Shown: piece by piece, positions 58,438-64,000 of the stretch | How positions within the stretch are numbered: the stretch's first letter is position 1 | Layout: each line of letters starts with the position of its first letter | From: the human T2T-CHM13v2.0 reference genome, Homo sapiens | Reading direction: 5' to 3' (one strand) | Length of the DNA stretch: 64,000 bases | NCBI RefSeq assembly: GCF_009914755.1 | Contig: NC_060945.1 | Made by a program: the position numbers and the translations under genes | The notes under the pieces: model-generated | The model's input: the letters and a program-made list of their open reading frames with translations, nothing else | What the model was told of the DNA's origin: nothing | Databases searched by the model: none

Positions 58438-58620
58438 GGTGGAGTAAGCCTTAAAGACAGAAATGCCTGGGTTTGAATATGAGTTCTGGCCATCATCAGC
58501 TATGTCAACTTGAGTTAGATAAACTTTCTGAGCCTCAGTTTCCTCATCTATAAAATGGAGACAATATTCCTCTAGACATGGCTGAGGATGAAACAGAATA
58601 ACACAAATGAAGCATTTAAC
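58438..58620 (+). mobile_element. MIR
   Basis: cctgggtttgaat...ctgagcctcagtttcctcatctataaaatgg. Confidence 0.85.
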
Positions 58621-58767
58621 TTCTCTTGCATGCTCTCACGCAATCCATCACTTCAAACATCACCCATCAAGGAAGGCTCCCAAGTCTCCTTCTTCAGCTG
58701 AAACCTGCCCTGTTTTTCCAGGTACCTGCTGGATTCTTCCTCTTTTATGTCTTGTATGCCCCCAATC

Positions 58768-59054
<287 letters not shown>

Positions 59055-59099
59055 CCACATCTTTAAATTACAAAATATCCAGAACAAAACCTTCTCAAA

Positions 59100-59600
59100 A
59101 ATGCCATTTAAAACTGTATTATTTTCCTGCACTTCCCATTTACCCAAAGACCAAGATAACTGAGAGTTTTCTTCTACCCCTGCTTCTCCCTTTACCCACA
59201 CTCTCAATTCAGTCACCAACTCCTGATAATTTTTTTCTCCCAAATCTTCTGGAATCTGTTTCTTCCATTTATTTCCATTCTGACCCAGAACAGGTGCCCA
59301 AGGTTTCCCAACCAGACTATTGCAAAAAAAGGGGGGCCAGACTAGTTTGACTGACTCTGGTTTCATAACCTTTCAGGACAACCTCTCTAACCAGTCCAAA
59401 AGTGATCTTTCTAGAATACAAACCAGGCCTTGTTTCTCATTTGTTTGCCCTCCACCTTCTGTGGGTGGGTGTCTAAAGGAATAGCATGTAAACCATATAA
59501 ACCACAGCCTTCTCCCAGGCCGCACCTCCAGCCCCTCTCCTGGCCTCTGGCCACAGCAAACTTCTGCCTTCCTCTGGGAAACTCTCTCTCTCAAGCCTCC
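59100..59600 (+). mobile_element. L2 fragment
   Basis: attcagtcaccaactcctg...aagtgatctttctagaatacaaacc. Confidence 0.6.
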
Positions 59601-59820
59601 TTCTCTTTGCACAGGGAACTTTTCTATATGCTGTTCATTCGCTCATTCATTCAGCAAATATTTTTAAGAGCCTGATATATGCCAATTATCCTTTAACTTT
59701 AAAAAGGATGGTCTGGCATGCCCCAGACTACTTAACTCCTAGAAACTTCGTTGATGTAACAGACTCCTGAATTTGCATAGGGTTGACCTCCCACCACTGG
59801 TACACAGGTGTCTTCTAGGA

Positions 59821-60037
59821 CAGTGTTTCCCAACCTTGACACTATTGGCATTTGGAGCCAGATAATTCTTTGTTTGGGTAGGGGGCTATCCTTTGTGTTG
59901 TAGGGTGTACAGAAGCATCCCTGAACTCTACCCAGTAGATGCCAGTTGCTCACGTCAACCAATTATAACAACCAAAATATCTGCAGATGTTCCCAAATAT
60001 CCCCTGGGGGTTAAAATCATCCCAGGTTGATGCCCTG
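59821..60037. mobile_element. MER20 hAT-Charlie
   Basis: cagtgtttcccaaccttgacactattggcatttggagccagataattctttg...ctctacccagtagatgccag...caaatatcccctgggg. Confidence 0.9.
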
Positions 60038-60827
60038 TATTAGGGCATCTATGATACTTGCTACTCCCAAATCAGTAAGTCCAATTAGCATGATGTCACT
60101 AATAGGTGAGACAGAGCAATGTTCTGCAGAATGTCAGCATGATCAAGATCCCTGCAGACATGCAGATAGTGAATGTATACTGCTATCCTTGCCACGGAAA
60201 GGCCAACCACTGCAGAGTCCCCCTATTGATGGAGGTTGACAAGAAATCATTTGCCAGATCAGTAGTCACATATGAAGTTTGAGAAGGCGTGTTGCTCTTC
60301 ATCAGTAAATATAGCAAACCCAGCACAACAGCTTCAAGGGGCTATCACCTAATAGCATCTGCCATCATTTATCTGGTTTTTACACGGACACAGTGGGTAA
60401 ACTGAATGGAGATATTATGGGGACCACCACCTCCTTGCAGCTTTGATGTTCTTGATGATAGCAATCATATCTGTACTTCCTCCTGGAATGCCTTGTTATT
60501 CCTGATTGCCATCTTGAATAATGGGGAAAGAACAGTTTCCGATACTTTACTTGGCCCTTCCCACCATAGTTCCTTACTCCATAAGTGGGAGTTCTGCCAA
60601 CCACTAAATATATCTACCCCAATTGTATATTTGGGGACCTGATAAATAACCACAGGGTAGTTTTTGGACCCAGTGGACCAAATGGACCCATTGTGAAACA
60701 GACTTGGGGTAAAACTCTATTTATCACCAGACTTCCTAAAACTGCCAATCTAACGGGACAGGGCAGGTGGGGAGGGACAACATAAGGCATTTAATATTCC
60801 TTGGTATCATTTAAGATCCCTTGGTAT

Positions 60828-61486
60828 TGAAGCAGCTATGTTGTCTGGGGTAAATACCTAGGGTTTGTCATCTCACACCAGGAAAATTTAGGACACAGAC
60901 ACACATGAGGCATTTAGGAGCAGAAGTTTAATAGGCAAAAGAAAAAGAAAGGAAAACAGCTCTCTTTCTCTAGTGAGAGGGAGGGAACTTCCGAGAGGAA
61001 AAGGCCCGCTGGCGGCAGATGCGCCAGATTTTATAGTCAGGCTTGAGGAGGCGGTGTCTGATTTACATAGGGCCCACAGATTGGTTCAAGGTGGTGCCTG
61101 ATTTACATAGGACTCACAGATTGGTTCAAGGTGGTGTCTGATTTACGTAGGGCTCACAGATTGGTTCAATCAGGTATGATGTTTACATACCACTGGGGAA
61201 GGCTGGCCACCCACCCTAATCTTACTTAGCAAATGAAATTTCCCCTTGGCTGGGTCATGTTGTCTGTTCTTTACTGTACACGTGGCTATCAAAGAAAAGG
61301 GAAGATGGAGTTGCTATCTTGAACATGATTGGCACAGCTGCCAGCATCTATGTTGGCAGCTTGATTTTACAGGCTGCTCTTTGTTAGAAAATGATTTGGG
61401 GCTGCTTTTCATTAAAGGAAAAACCTTACCGAGGATTTCCGTACCCTCACTACCTGCCTAAGTAATTTCTTCTTAACTCCTTATCA
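60828..61486 (-). mobile_element. MER61-like ERV1 solo LTR
   Basis: Minus strand starts TGATAAGGAGTTAAGAAGAAATTACTTAGGCAG. TG...CA ends with exact 4-bp TSD GTAT. CTATAAAA TATA at about 61029-61036 and ATTAAA at about 60927-60932 on the minus strand. Confidence 0.85.
61050..61169. repeat. 3 x 40-bp tandem repeat within the LTR U3
   Basis: GGYGGTGYCTGATTTACRTAGGRCYCACAGATTGGTTCAA repeated three times. Confidence 0.95.
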
Positions 61487-61687
61487 GTATCAGCTCAAAC
61501 CTTGTATATTACTAATCCTCAAAAAGTCTGAATTGTCCCTATTCTCTGGCACTAGTTACTTGGGGAAATGGGTGCAAATTCCTTAAAGGGGAAGATTAGA
61601 AGAACACATTTTCAGGTATACTGTGGAAAATAGAAGGGTCCTTCTTCAAGGAAGCCTAAGTCTTCCCCTCAATCCACACATCAGTCA

Positions 61688-61898
61688 TTGCAATAAAAAA
61701 TTGTAGACTCTCACTCAGTTTTCAAATGTATTTGGTTGGTGCAAAAATAATTGCAATTTTGCCATTAAAAGTCATGGCCAAAACCACAATTACTTTTGCA
61801 TCAACCTAATAAGCCAGTTTGAAAACTTTACTTCAAGCCGGTTTTCAAACTGGCTTACATTTGAAAACTGAGTGAGAGTCCACAATTTTTTATTGCAA
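61688..61898. repeat. Long inverted repeat (58-bp arms, 14-nt loop) interrupted by MADE1
   Basis: 61688-61730 plus 61812-61826 is the reverse complement of 61841-61898 with one mismatch. Confidence 0.95.
61731..61809. mobile_element. MADE1 (Hsmar1-derived MITE)
   Basis: 79-bp palindromic element TTTGGTTGGTGCAAAAATAATTGC...CAATTACTTTTGCATCAACCTAA flanked by TA duplications. Confidence 0.93.
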
Positions 61899-62178
61899 GG
61901 GCTGATGTCAACCTTCTATTCTCCAGCTTTCTTTTTATTATTATTATACAATCTTAATAACATCCTAGTTAGCTGTCCTTCTGTCTCATGCCTAGGAACA
62001 CCAGGATCTCTTAACCATTGCTACAAATCTCTGAAGGTTGAGGCACCCTAAGTACTATTCTGCAGTGTTTCCAATTATAATCATTATGGCCACCTTGCCT
62101 CTGGTGGTTACGAGTTGCCTTCTAGTTTTATAATTCTGGAATCTCACTATCCCCATTGATATAAAGAAGTTCAGTTGC

Positions 62179-62470
62179 AGCCGGGTGCAGTGGCTCACTC
62201 CTGTAATCTCAGCACTTTGGGAGGCCGAGGCAGGAGGATTGCTTGAGGTCAGGAGTTCAAGACCAGCCTGGCCAACATGGTGAAACCCCATCTCTACTAA
62301 AAATACAAAAATTAGCCGGGCATGGTGGTGGGTGCCTATAATCTCAGCCAAGGCAGGAGAATTGCTTGAACCCAGGAGATGGATGTTACAGTGAGCCCAG
62401 ATTGCACCAATGCACTCCAGCCTGGGCAACAGAGTGAGACTCCTATTAAAAAAAAAAAAAAAGAAGAAGA
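62179..62470 (+). mobile_element. Alu (J/S) with small internal deletion
   Basis: Dimeric Alu with TSD AAGAAGTTCAGTT. Confidence 0.94.
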
Positions 62471-63649
62471 AGAAGTTCAGTTCGATGGAAGTGTCTACAC
62501 CCATAACCCCTGCCTACAGAAGACAGACACTAAGATTCTCAAAGATATTAGTGAGGCCTTCACTTGTGTACTCCTGCTGCATTCATAGCAAAAGTGTCTC
62601 CCAGTCTTTTTCAGGAAACACAGTGATGTGGCAGGTTCTCAGGATTCACATAGTAAATTCATTCTAACATTCCCAACTCCTTGAGCCTTAACCCCTTTCT
62701 CGACATAATGCCAAATATGCTCCAGCATCTCCACCTTATCAATTGCAGCCGTCATCCTATCTAAATGTCATGGAGCTGTCTCAAGAGACTATTAGGACCA
62801 GCTCCAGGTAATCATGATGATCTAACACCCTCAAGATACGCTACTACAAGGTGTTTGCTAATTCGTGCCTGCCAGCTCCTGTAAGCCTTTGACACATAGA
62901 CTGTTTTCTCCTGCAGCAGGGATTGTACTTCCTCATTGAAGCTGTGCTCAGGCCTGACTCTGGTTGTTAGCCAGGACATAATGAGATATAGTGGGGACAG
63001 ATCTGGAGAAAAACAATGATCATTGTGTGGAGCACCTCCAGGTGAGGTCATAGTGTAATGCACTGGGAAGACGAGGCTGTTCTCTCCCCAGGTTGTTGGG
63101 AACAGCTTCGGCCAGCCAGGAAGCTTCAGGGAATTGGGGGCTACAATATTCTCAGCCTTGGCCATGCAAACATCACCATCCAAGGTCTTGGTGGTCCACT
63201 CTCCTGTCAGGTCTTTACTTTGACACTGAGGCGGTGTTAAGGCTGTGCATTTTGCTTCTTTTGCATTTCTGCCACCCTTATAATCAGATCCCAGGTTTAA
63301 TAACCTTCTGTCCTGTGGGTTTTAGAGATGAGAACCTCCTCTAAAGTGACTACAGAAATACTCTGGCTTTCAGACAGGGCCTCCAGGTGGCAAATAGCTG
63401 CCCTGCACTTATTATTTTCTTTTTGCAAGGCTTCCAATGCCTTCAAAAGTTACCACCCACATCCAAGTCCTTAGGGTTATTATTGCTCCAAAATGCATCA
63501 AGTGCTCCAGTGTCTTGATAAGTCAGTACTTTGGCTTCCTCCTCTGCCTCATCCTAATTAGCTTCAGATAAAAGCTTTTGTAATTGTGATGCTACAGAAT
63601 GTCAGAGATTGTCACCACCCACTTGCTGCTACCAAAACCCATCAGAAGC

Positions 63650-64000
<351 letters not shown>

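Larger units (their letters stand above)
59715..63640 (-). mobile_element. Decayed ERVL-class provirus internal region (gag-pro-pol; HERV16/ERV3-16A3/HERVL-like)
   Basis: Minus-strand relics: RT RDLDH..ILQNI and a degenerate YIDDIMLIG (tatt-agtgacatcatgctaattgga, about 60075-60155); VVPIISPFSLP (HERVL-like VVIPTTSPFNSP); protease VIYQVPKYTIGVDIFSGWQNSH; gag cagaggcaaggtggccataat (about 62085) and WDGD-like motif (about 63180); PBS-like TTTTGGTAGCAG near 63638. Confidence 0.85.

Noticed and set aside
61240-61350. p53 response element expected in some MER61 subfamilies
   Set aside because: I see only isolated imperfect half-sites (for example GAACATGATT) and no paired RRRCWWGYYY decamers.

Overview
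Primate (human-like) non-coding DNA, either intergenic or deep intronic. I see no CpG island, no recognisable protein-coding exon and no tRNA/rRNA gene, and I cannot name the locus. Roughly half of the window is transposable-element derived: about 20 Alu/FLAM copies (AluJ/AluS, no clear AluY), L1PA 3' ends, old L1M/L2/L3/MIR relics, many solo LTRs (THE1, MST, MLT1, MLT2A, MER4, MER61-like, LTR16/33/41-like), DNA transposon relics (MER5, MER20, MER45, MER58, MADE1) and a decayed ERVL provirus (gag-pro-pol, minus strand) at about 59.7-63.8 kb. The ORF track is explained by repeat-derived or chance frames. I find no new multi-gene system. The most unusual observations are: (1) a 57/58-bp inverted repeat inside the ERVL with a more diverged MADE1 hairpin nested in one arm (61688-61898); (2) a CA/TG-rich minisatellite that repeats a perfect minus-strand 5' splice site 7 times among UG runs (39310-39893); (3) five TCF/LEF CTTTGATC sites within 4.7 kb (22384-27119); (4) a palindromic AT-rich tandem array (23026-23345); (5) an Alu flanked by an 88-bp direct repeat (26315-26743); (6) several unconfirmed exon-like segments that may belong to a lncRNA. 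Repeat subfamily names are recalled from consensus sequences, not from a RepeatMasker run, and boundaries of old repeats are approximate.
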